A stretch of DNA of 64,000 bases from Octopus sinensis (Eukaryota), in contig NC_043002.1 in the NCBI RefSeq assembly GCF_006345805.1, positions 58,714,001 to 58,778,000 on the forward strand, read 5' to 3'. Positions 51,422-63,114 of this stretch are shown here, in pieces. Both the position numbers and the translations under genes were made by a program. The notes under the pieces are model-generated. The model was not told the origin of the DNA. It saw only the letters and a list, made by a program, of their open reading frames with translations, and searched no databases. Numbering within the stretch: position 1 is the first letter of the stretch; each line of letters begins with the position of its first letter.

Positions 51422-51748
51422 AAAACTGTCATTAAATATAACTGAGGGTGTTGTAAACATCTACATTGCTAGAAATAAGAGCTAAATGCTCTAATGCTGC
51501 AGACAAAGCACATAATTGTATACATACATACATACAGTGGGCCGATCCCCCTGAAGAGGCAATGACAAAAGCGGAAACTGACCGATCAGTCTCGGAATAT
51601 CTCAACCGCAGCTTTTCCAATGATTATGGTCCCTATCAGCATGTATGCATACAATTATGTGCTTTGACCACAGTATTAGAGCATTTAGCTCTTATTTCTA
51701 GCAATGTAAGTGTTGCAACACCCTCAGTCACATTTAATAACAGTTATA
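51422..51748. repeat. Inverted repeat with about 105-bp arms around a hammerhead-like core
   Basis: 51422-51528 pairs with 51641-51748. The spacer has CTGAAGA..GAAA plus ACTGA-CCGA-TCAGT-C. Confidence 0.8.
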
Positions 51749-51790
51749 GTTCTCCTTGTTGGTACACATTTGTTTATTGCTGTCTAAATA

Positions 51791-51832
<42 letters not shown>

Positions 51833-53280
51833 CACAGATACAGGGTGTGTCAGGTATTTGCGAAGAAACTTTAGTAGGCCTCAAATAGAAGATAACATCA
51901 GTAATACGAATTGCTGGTGGAACACCATATTTTAGTAAAGTTTTTTTTTGTTAACAGAATGCGTCAGTCCTACACATGATGATATTACTAGTGTTTATCC
52001 CAAGGAAAACATCTTTTCCTTCTGGCTACCGACACACTTTGTGACTGTATAGCATGAGCAAGAGAGTTTATCATTCCCATCTCTAGCTTTCGTGATACTC
52101 ACAGTTGTTGGTTTCTGGGTGTGAGATAATCACAGGCCAGTGATGAGGGCTTACTCACCTTGCTCATATTACAGACTTTTTAAAGCCACACACAGTCACT
52201 GATCTCTATTTTGTTATGCAATCATAACAGAGGTGCAGGAGTGGCTGTGTCGTAAGTAGCTTATTTACCAACCACATGGTTCCAGGTTCAGTCCCACTGC
52301 ATGGCACCTTGGGCAAGTGTCTTCTACTATGGCTTCAGGCTGACCAAATCTTTGTGAGTGGATCAGGTAGATGGAAACTGAAAGAAGCCTGACATATATG
52401 TATGTGTGAAGGCACGTAGCTTAGTGGTTAGAGCATTCTGGTCACAATCGTAAGGTCAGGAGTTCAATTCCCTGCGCTGCATTGTGTCCTTGAGCAAGAC
52501 ACTTTATTTCCCGTAGCTCCAGTCCACTCAGCTGGCAAAAATGAGTTGTACCTGTATTTCAAAGGGCCAGCCTTGTCACACTCTGTGTCACGCTGAGTCT
52601 CCCTGAGAACTACGTTAAGGGTACACATGTTTGTGGAGTGCTCAGTTACTTGCATGTTAATTTCACGAGCAAGCTGTTCCGCAGATTGCACCAGCTGGGA
52701 CATATGTATACATACATATATATATATATATGTTTATGTGTTTGTGTTTATTCCCCCCACCACCACCGCTCGACAACCGAGGTTGGTGTGTTTACGTCCC
52801 TGTAACTTAGTAGTTCAGCAAAAGTGACCGATACAATAAGTACTGGGCTTACAAAGAATAAGTCCAGGGGTCAATTTGCTCAACTAAAGGCAGTGCTCCA
52901 GCATGGCCACAGTCAAATGACTGAAACAAGTAGGAGAATACCAGAATATCACCAAGTATATTAAATGTTTATAAGTCAATACTCTGCCCTACTTTTTGTG
53001 TTTGTAGAGTGATTCAATCACTTTTTATTTCACTCTATAGATTTTCTACAGACTTTAGAAGTCAGTGCTGAAAATTAATGACATTTGGTGTACAAATACA
53101 TCTACGCAAACAGTACAGACATTGTTTACATTAGACGTATTCATATACAAAACATAACTTTCAGTTCTTGCTCTAAACTGTATAGAAAATTTGTAGAGTA
53201 ATTTACATTATTTACATTTGATGGATATTTATCCTCATCTTATTTGTTGTTAACACAATATTTCGGCTGATATATGAACC

Positions 53281-53378
53281 TGGGCATATGGCGTAGTAGT
53301 TAAGAGTGCAAGCTACTAACCCCAAGATTCCGAGTTCGATTCCAAGCAGTGACCTCAACAATAATAATGATAATAATA

Positions 53379-53430
<52 letters not shown>

Positions 53431-53625
53431 CAATAACAACAACAACAACATCGAAAAATACCTTAGGAATGAGAACCCAGGTTCGAAATTTCCCCAAGAC
53501 ACCTGATGAAGGCTGGAGAGTATATCAGCCGAAATATTGTGCTAACAACAAACAAGATGAGGATAAATATCCATCAAATGTAAATAATGTAAATGATGTA
53601 CATAATTCCTCATCTCTTAAATATA
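53281..53625 (+). mobile_element. Full tRNA-head + (AAT)n + hammerhead repeat, with an inverted copy of its tail at 53201-53275
   Basis: A box 'tggcgtagtagttaag', B box 'gagttcgattcc', (AAT)n 53357-53450, hammerhead 53498-53543. Confidence 0.8.
53498..53543 (+). ncRNA. Minimal hammerhead motif (copy 3)
   Basis: GACAC-CUGAUGA-A-GGCUG..CAGCC-GAAA-UA-UU-GUGCU. Stem III palindrome AUAU, one mismatch in stem I. Confidence 0.55.
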
Positions 53626-53659
53626 AAGCATCAGTAATATTAATGGAATATACATTCAG

Positions 53660-53960
53660 GTTTTAACAATCTCATTTCTCTTTCAGCATGAACAAGGCAA
53701 ATTCCTATCTGATGCAGGAAATGAAGAAGCATGCCACAGCAGATCAGAAATTGCCAGCTTCTTGAACATAGCGGTTTGGACAAGTCCTTCATGTTCAGCA
53801 TCTGGAAACAGCTGCAAGTATCTGGTGGTGGCATCATATTGCCCATGGTGAAGGGGAAGAAACGTTGTCAATGGTAGCGTATTGTCATGACAGTCAAGTT
53901 CATCAACAATAACCCCAGTGGCTTGGGTCAATAAGGGCCATCAATGAACAGCTAAAAGTG
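53660..53960 (-). mobile_element. Highly degraded mariner-like fragment
   Basis: Minus-strand 'HHGQYDA' and 'KKLAISDL' resemble the HHDNAP and SPDLAPSDF regions. Confidence 0.35.
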
Positions 53961-55558
53961 GTGGGCTTCACTTTCAAACATATAATGCATAAGAACACCA
54001 AGTACAAGTGGGAGGGGAAGAAGGTAATTCTGTTCAGCAAGATCCATGATCTCCTGTGATCATGTGACAGTTTAGATGTCACATGATCAGAAGAGAGCAG
54101 TGTGATCATGTGACATCTAAATTGCCTTGATCAAGTGATCTCTAACTCACTTGATTTGAATTCCCTGGACTGCTGCAACCGGAATATCATAAGCGTAAAG
54201 AGAGAAGAATTTAGTAAAATAACTTTGTTTATAATTAAGCTAGTGTTTGGGACATAGATTTACATGGAATTTTGATGGAATTTAGATCACTTTAAAACAA
54301 GGATGTTTGTACCATAGAATCAGGGATGGTCTCAGATTGGTTCGTTGGTTTGTATGAAAGGGTTATGGTATCATAGAAGATATTTATAGAAATAAGTTCT
54401 TTTCTAAATTTATTCATTGCTATTTACAAGGAATCCCAGAATGAGTGTTACACTTTTCTTAGTTTTTTTTTTCTTTTCAGATACTAAAAAGATAGATTTT
54501 TATCCCTGGATAGACAGGGTGCCAGTCTATGGAAATGTAGGCTCATATCAAGATTTAAGTTGTGAAGTCCCTCAGTTGTTTACATTTGTGATATAGACAA
54601 ACTGGGTTAGATTGATTAAATATTCACCACTTGTACCATCTCACACTTACTAAGAACAACTGTGAACAGCACCTCTTCATGGTACCTATTTACAATTAGA
54701 CATATTGAGTTAGATGGATTATAGGCTCATGATTTGTAGGTACATGGTATTTTGTTATGCAACAATAATATACTATAAAGTATATTAAATGTTTTTATAA
54801 GTCACTACCACGTTCTTATTGTGTTAGCAGTGCTCTATACATTATTTTGTTGTTTCTACAGAAATTATAATCAGCACTGATTTTTTTGAAACGTCAGATG
54901 TAAACAAACATTAAGATCGGAGATAAAGATGGATAATGAGTGCATATGCCATATTTCGGGGGGTTTTCCCTCCTTCTTCAGCACCCACCCAATCCATTCT
55001 CACCTCTGAACACACTGTTTATATAGCCACCGCATGCAGTGGTATTAAGTTATTGGATATACCAATTTACATATTAAACGCATTCCTGGAGCTGGTATGT
55101 AAAGACCAATGATTTGTAGGTTCATGGTATTTCGTTATGCAACCGTAATATCTCTCATACTGTTCCACTGTTTTGCACCACCTCATGGTACTTATGTACA
55201 GATAGAGGGATTGAGTTAAATGGATACAGTACAGCACTGGTGAGAGGATACAAAATGATGATACCCAAATCATTCAAAGGTTACACAACCCTCAAGTTCT
55301 TCAAGTCAATGAATCATATTTTAAAAAAGAATTAAACAACAAATAAATAACAGTGACGTGAACTTCTGAACAGTTACTGTATTTGATGGCATAAAAGATG
55401 CACCCCAGTTTCAGCAGAGCATAGTCAAGAAAATTGAGTTTTTAGTACCTAAAAGCTAATGGAAGGTCCAATTTTTCTTTTGTTTATAACAACTTTTAGG
55501 CAAAAAGGGACATCTTTTATGCCATCAAATATGGTCACAACAATAAAACACATTTTAA

Positions 55559-55781
55559 CACCTTTTGATGCCAACCAGGCTGAAACCACCTCTGGCTTTG
55601 TAGTACAAATGTCTTGTTTTCAAAAGTTCTGAAATAAAATCTTCCACCAAACCTTAGTCACAATTTATGTTCCCAACACTAACTTAATGATAACTAAGTT
55701 ATTTTACTAAATTCTTTGTTATATTTAAAATTAATTGAAAGAAACATAGAGCATCTCAACAGAAATATGGTAACAAAAGGG
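55559..55781. mobile_element. piggyBac-type MITE (inverted relative of 8130-8498)
   Basis: TTAA at 55555-55558 and 55782-55785. Ends C(A)CCTTTT / AAAAGGG. Confidence 0.7.
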
Positions 55782-55933
55782 TTAAACAATTTGATCTCTG
55801 ATATGAGGCACCACATACTTGTCATCTTAATGCAATGATTCACTATGGTCCTGAAGACCAGGACATTGGAACAGGGTGGAGGGGGCAGGGTTTCAATGAA
55901 GCTACCCAAATGAGATGGTTGTCCCTAACTTAC

Positions 55934-56052
55934 CTCTGGTGTGAGTCCTGTAATGGCCAGCCACTTTAAACTAGGATCAGCTTTGTAGCTGATGATTTCA
56001 CTGAAGGTCAAACGATCATGCCGTTGGAAGACATTTTCCGGTGGAGAGTCAC
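55934..56052 (-). CDS. CLTC-like: Clathrin terminal-domain-like exon (119 nt, most 5' exon found in the window)
   Basis: ttctcttctag|(G)DSPPENVFQRHDRLTFSEIISYKADPSLKWLAITGLTPE|gtaagt. Compare [40 protein letters not shown]. Starts in phase 1, ends in phase 0. Confidence 0.92.
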
Positions 56053-56094
56053 CTAGAAGAGAAACAGAGAGAAATATACATATTAGACACACAC

Positions 56095-56152
<58 letters not shown>

Positions 56153-56202
56153 AAAGAGAGGAAGTGATGCAGATAAACACAATTACACTTGGTACATAGA
56201 TA

Positions 56203-56249
<47 letters not shown>

Positions 56250-56506
56250 TATATATAAAGAGAGAAATACACATAGATATACATGTATAGATATGCTCAT
56301 ATATGTATAGAGAGATACACATAGATGCATATGGATATATATAACAACATATATTCATAAAGATTATCAGCAGTCAGTCATTACAACTATGACTATTCAT
56401 GGTTATGCCATGACTTAAGCTTTCTCCATACTGGTCAGTTTTTCACTAGAATCTGCCATTCATAAAGATAAACACACACACACACGTGTATATGCATGTG
56501 TATGTA

Positions 56507-56570
<64 letters not shown>

Positions 56571-56737
56571 AATATATTTACATAGAGGATAAAAATACAA
56601 AATTCTAAGAGAATAGACAGCTTCTTAACAACTGTTTTGAGAAACTCAGAGTTACAAAATAATCGTAATGGTTATAATTCGCAGATGGAATGTGCAAAAA
56701 AGACTTGGGTGTGCAACCAATAAATATATATATAAAC

Positions 56738-58164
56738 ATAAGCAACAAGGATATCCAGAGGTAATGCAGTACAATCGTTTCATGCAACTCCATTTAATTG
56801 AACAATGCAATCATTACATCAAGTTAAAATGCAGAGCAATCTTCAGTCGCACAAAGACATAGAATTTAATTAAATTAGAACAGATGGACACATTAGTATA
56901 ATTATACTTAAAATCTCCCTTACCCTTCTAAACAAGTAACACTGAGAAACTATAAATATCATGTAGGGAGTAACAAAAATAACTTCTTAAACCTATAATA
57001 TAACTCTTAGTTTTAAAAAAAGATTAGTGTAAAATATGATTGTTCTATAACTTAAATATTCCTTGAGCCAATACCAGACATCAGACATTACTTATTGATA
57101 TTAGCTAAATAAGTAAATATATAATTTTTAATCTAATATATTTTGAATTATTATACTTTTTCTAAAAATCTTCTCTATTGGCGTTAATAAGTTACATATA
57201 CTTTACAATAGTATTAATAATTAAGCTATTTTATTTCCTTTTCTATGGTGCCCTGCACTACTTGATTATTTTATTTTATTTCTTTATTATTTTATAATTA
57301 GCCTTTATTTATTTATAAAATTAATCTAATTTTTGTATCTCTATAAATTCATACTTAGCTTATATAAAATTATACTGGTGTATTCACTACTTACAAAGAA
57401 ACTGCTTAGATTATAATTTTATTAATATATAATTAGCATGTTCCTTTATCCCAATATTCCTTTATTAATACCAGTATATCCCAATTAATCAATATTCACA
57501 GATACCATCTGATGAGTTAGCATTTAAGTGTACAATATGTAGAAATATTAAACTGTTTCTGGATAATTTATTTTCCTCCCTCTATTGTGGTAAAAGTTTG
57601 ATATATACTCAAAAGTATTCATAAATTTATATCCTTTTGTTATAATATTCTTCTTAATAATCCTCTGAATAGCCCTAAACTTTAACTGTATACAATATAG
57701 CAACATTGTTTAAAATATTTAACTATAGTACTACATGATAAGACTTCCCCTGTTTTATTATCAATGGTCTACTAGTGGGTATCCCCCTTAATTGTCAGCT
57801 AACATCTTGTTTTAAGTTTTCCTTTACCAACCCTCATGATATTGCTTCTAATAAATCTTGATTTTTATGACTATACCAACTATGATGTCTGTCTGCTCCC
57901 TCAGCCCTACTCCTAACAGATACTGCCCTCTGTTCTCTCAGCCTTAGATATACAAGTGTTTTGATAAACTAGTCTATAAATCAAAACTGACCCCACAAAA
58001 ACAAAAAAGTCAGTGACAGGCAGAGTCTGTAACAATGTATATCTTCTTTATGCGGCTGAAGATAGCTCTGCATTTTAAATTGATGTAATGATTGCATTGT
58101 TCAATTAAATGGAGATGCATGAAACAATCGTACTGCATTAACTCTGGAAATCCTTGTTGCTTAT
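56738..58164. repeat. Inverted repeat, about 120-bp arms, 1.19 kb very AT-rich spacer
   Basis: 56738-56857 is the reverse complement of 58045-58164 at roughly 90% by eye. Confidence 0.85.
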
Positions 58165-58339
58165 TTTGATTTTAATCACTTTACTTTGAAATTGTATGGA
58201 TAATACCATACTAAATTCTGGTGCCACAACTTAAGTACCATATTCATTTGAATCTAAATTTTTGCTTATATATATACACACACACACATTTTCTCTCTGT
58301 CTCTCTTTATCTACATAAGTAGATATATATGTATATATG

Positions 58340-58416
<77 letters not shown>

Positions 58417-59429
58417 ATTTTATTTTATAGAAATAGTTGTACAGTACCAGTGAGCATGTACTTTCTAAATAATAAAAACGATAGAATCTTGTTTACAAAC
58501 AAACTGAGACATGAGTTGTGTACATACAGAAAAACACACACACATATTTTATATGTAACCAAAACTGACAGCTGGTCAAATATGACACAATCTAAACACC
58601 ACACTTGTCATGTCTGATGGCAAGTTTGGTAAAATTAGGGGTATTTTTTTTATTTTCCATGAAAAATTTATTTTATACCAAATTTATGGTGTGTGTGTGT
58701 GTGCATGTGTAAGTAGAAAGAAAGAGAGAAATGGAAAAGAGTAAGATTAAGGAAAATGAATAGACAGAAAAACAAATTAAACCAAAATATCTCAAAATTT
58801 TTCTAAATTTATTCCAATCCTGAAAACAAAAGAGGAAATCACTGTGATACTACTACTACTACTAACAGGTTCTCTGTCAGTTACGACAAGTAATCCAGTT
58901 GATCTGATCAATGGAACAGCCTGCTCATGAAATTAACGTGCGAGTGAGCACTCCACAAACATGCACACCCTCGATGGGAGATTTCAACAGGGCACAGAAT
59001 ACGACAAGGAGGTTGGCCGGTCCTCTGAATTATAAGGTACAACTCATTTTTTGCCAGCTGAGTGGACTGGACACAACACGGCTGCTGGGAATTGAATTCA
59101 TGACCTTATGATTGTGAGTCGAATATCCTAACCTCTAAGCCACATGCCTTCATTACTACTACCACCACCACTACTGTTACTACCATCACCATTACTACTA
59201 CTACCACCACTATTACCACCACCACCACCACCACTACTACTACTACTTGTACACCACTGTCATCATCATCCTCATACTAACCACTAAGCCACATGCCTTC
59301 ATTACTACCACCACCACCACCACCATTACTACTACTACCACCACCATTACTACTACTACTATTACTACTACCACCATCATTACCAGCAACACCACTACTA
59401 CTACTACTGCCACCATTACTACTATTACT

Positions 59430-62400
59430 TTTACACCACTGCCATCATTATCCATTGAAACGTGGAAGAGAGATACCAGCTGGTCTGAGTGCTCTCTACC
59501 CACAATAACTAAAAAGACTACAGCAACTCAGGGAAACTAAGCCAGAACAACCTGCCATCCTCTACACACCATCATAAACTGCGAGCAGGGTACAAATTGT
59601 TGTCCTTAAATGCTCGCAGTTTATGCAACAAAATACATTTGTTCAACGCCTACGTCAGAAGTGTTGACCCTGACTTCATCACTGTCACGGAAACATGGGC
59701 GCATTCCTTACTCTGTGATGGGGTTTTCAACATTACGGGGTACAACCTCTTCCGTAAGGACCGCACTAACCGCCGTGGTGGTGGTGTGATGGTCTACGTT
59801 CGTTCAAATTTTTTGGTAATTCCTTGTGCCGATTTGAACGAATCACAAGAAGAAGTTTTTTCTGTGACGTGCGTATGACCATGTCAACACTCCTGCTTGG
59901 CGTTGTTTATCGTCCCCCAAGTTACCATCGGGACACACAGCTTTGCAATGTCCTCCGAGCTGCTGCCAGGAAAACAGCCACTTATGTGTTTATTGCAGGC
60001 GATTTCAATCATCCTGAGATCGATTGGGAGACCTTCCATTGGCCACAGAGTGCAAACGATTTTGTTGAGCTTGTGCTGGACTCAAACTGGTCACAAGTAG
60101 TCACCTCTCCAACAAGAGGCGACAACACCTTGGACCTGCTCTTCACCACAACTCCTGAAGCGGTTATCAATTGCACTACGGAGGAACCTCTAGGTGACTC
60201 TGATCATGCTATGATCATCGCCAATCTGGCTCTTGCGGGCAACAAAAACCTGAACCATCTCCAATCTGCTTCCTTCGATTGGAAGAGAGCAGATTGGAAC
60301 CTGTACCACACTGAACTACAGCACCCAAACTGGCGTGAATTCTACAACTCTGGAGATGTGAATACTATACTCCAGAGTATCCTGGACTCAATATGGGCAG
60401 CATGTGCAGCATCAGTGCCACGTAAACAAAAAAAGAAGAACCGCCCCAAAAGGGCAATTTGGGAAACTTCAGCGGTCCGACTTGCCAGGAGGGAACGTCG
60501 GACTGCTGAACGGGAATACAGGTTGCATAAATCAGACACCAACAGGAAGAAGCGGAATAAATCCTCCAACCATCTCAAGCAAGTGACAAAAAAAGCAGTG
60601 CTTGAATTTGAACAGTGCATAGCAGCCAATCCTGACAGCAAGGTTTTCTGGAAATATGTGCACTCAAAGCAGAGACCTCACTCTCCAGTGGGCCCTCTTC
60701 GCAACCCTCACACAAACCAGATCACTGACGACCCCAAGGAATGCGCAGAACTCATTGCCGAGTGCTATGCAAACATATTCACTGTTGAAAGTCAAAATGT
60801 ACCATCTTCACCATCACTAACAGCAAACTCCATAACAACTATGGAATTTACACCTGCAATGCTGCGACGTCACCTTCAAAATAAGCGCAACTATGCCTCC
60901 CCTGGTCTCGATGGAGTTACATACCTGCTTCTCAAACGTGGCAGGCACTTCCTTTTACACCAGCTTTCTATTTTCTTCCAGTACTGTCTCAACAATGGTG
61001 CTACTCCGGAGCAGTGGAAAACTGCCAGTGTCATTCCTCTGTTCAAAAAGGGCGACCGCACATCACCTGTCAACTATCGCCCAGTCAGTCTCACTAGCTG
61101 TATTGCAAAACTGATGGAATCGTGTGTCAGAGAAACACTCTGGAACTTCTGGAGCTCTCACAGTCTCATCCGACCCTCACAATATGGATTTGTCCCTAAC
61201 TCCAGCCGCAGTGACCAGCTTGTCGAGTTCCTTGAGGACATTACTCAGATTACTGACAGTGGCTCATGGGTGGATGTTGTCTACCTTGACTTTGCTAAGG
61301 CTTTCAACTCTGTGCCACACAAAAGGCTTATGGTGAAACTCTCTGCAATGGGTGTGGGGGATGACCTTTTTAACTGGTTGAAATCCTTCATCCTCAGCCG
61401 AAAGGAGGTAGTCACAGTTCTAGGACAGCACTCTACACCATATGAGATGTCATCGGGTGTACCACAGGGATCTGTCCTTGGTCCCCTCTTGTTTGTGGCA
61501 TACATTAACGACATAGATGCCAATTTAAAGAATGCCACAGTATTGAAATATGCAGACGACATCAAGCTGTACCTTGAAATCAAGAGGACAGATCCTGATG
61601 TCTACAACTCTTTCCTGCAATCAGACCTAGACACAATGCAGCAATGGATCACAGACTGGCAACTGAAACTGGCTGTGGACAAGTGTACCACCATGCATTT
61701 TGGGAGAAAAAACCCTGCGTTCACATACTCCCTCCACAACACTGATATCAAGAAATCCTCTTGCGAGCGTGACCTAGGCATCACTGTCAGCAGTGATTTG
61801 CGTTGGTCAAAGCATATCTCTAAGATTGTCAGGAAGGCCGAGGGTGCCTTGGCATCACTCAGCAGGTCTTTTGTTAGCCGCTCTCCAGCCATCTATTTAA
61901 AACTGTATACAGCTATGGTACGACCACACTTGGAATTCGCATCATCAGTTTGGAACCCCTATCTTGCACAGAACATTGACCTCCTGGAATCTGTCCAGAG
62001 ACGTGCAACCAAACGCATACCCTCCATCAGACACCTACCATATTCTGAGCGCCTTGTTTCCCTGGGCATGGATTCACTGAAGCTCCGGCGTTTGGCGACG
62101 GACTTGGTAAACACCCACAAAGTTATCAACCACCTCACCAACAACAACACTGAACACCTTTTTGATCTCCATGTGTCTAACACACGTGGACATGCCTACA
62201 AAGTCAGAAAACAATACAGCTCCCATGACTTTCGGAAACATTTTTTCACGCTCAGAGTTGCTGAAGCATGGAATAAACTGCCTGCGTCAGTTGTTGACTG
62301 CCATGACACTGCATCTTTTAAGGCCCTCATGCTTTCCGAAATCCGCCGAAACTACACCTGATTATATATACACTTTAGATGAGTTGTAGTGCACCTGAGC

Positions 62401-62437
62401 ACTGTACACAATTATTATTATTATTATATTATTTTAT
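59430..62437 (+). mobile_element. CR1-type LINE (APE endonuclease + RT) with 3' UTR and (ATT)n tail
   Basis: APE motifs 'LNARSL', 'VTETW', 'RRGGGV', 'YRPP', 'GDFN', 'LDL' and 'SDH'. RT motifs 'YLDFAKAF', 'GVPQGSVLGPLLF' and 'YADD'. Tail at 62412-62437. Confidence 0.93.
59597..62361 (+). pseudogene. CR1 ORF2 with a single frameshift in the T6 run at 59856-59861
   Basis: ORF 59597-59878 (N-terminal APE) and ORF 59824-62361 join at 'QEEV/FCDVRMT'. Confidence 0.85.
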
Positions 62438-62489
62438 TATCCTCATACTAACCACTAAGCCACATGCCTTCACTACTACTACTCCTACC

Positions 62490-62529
<40 letters not shown>

Positions 62530-63114
62530 TACTACTACTACTACTACTACTAACAGGTTCTCTGTCAGTTACGACAAGTAATCCAGTTGATCTGATCAAT
62601 GGAACAGCCTGCTCATGAAATTAACGTGCGAGTGAGCACTCCACAAACATGCACACCCTCGATGGGAGATTTCAACAGGGCACAGAATACGACAAGGAGG
62701 TTGGCCGGTCCTCTGAATTATAAGGTACAACTCATTTTTTGCCAGCTGAGTGGACTGGACACAACACGGCTGCTGGGAATTGAATTCATGACCTTATGAT
62801 TGTGAGTCGAATATCCTAACCTCTAAGCCACATGCCTTCATTACTACTACCACCACCACTACTGTTACTACCATCACCATTACTACTACTACCACCACTA
62901 TTACCACCACCACCACCACTACTACTACTACTTGTACACCACTGTCATCATCATCCTCATACTAACCACTAAGCCACATGCCTTCATTACTACCACCACC
63001 ACCACCACCATTACTACTACTACCACCACCATTACTACTACTACTATTACTACTACCACCATCATTACCAGCAACACCACTACTACTACTACTGCCACCA
63101 TTACTACTATTACT

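Noticed and set aside
56900-58000. Possible mitochondrial insertion or 5' clathrin exons
   Set aside because: No mitochondrial rRNA or protein motifs and no clathrin N-terminal motifs were recognisable.
59243-59540. Poly-T/P/V ORFs (and copies at 62928-63225)
   Set aside because: Translations of (TAC/CAC)n microsatellite.
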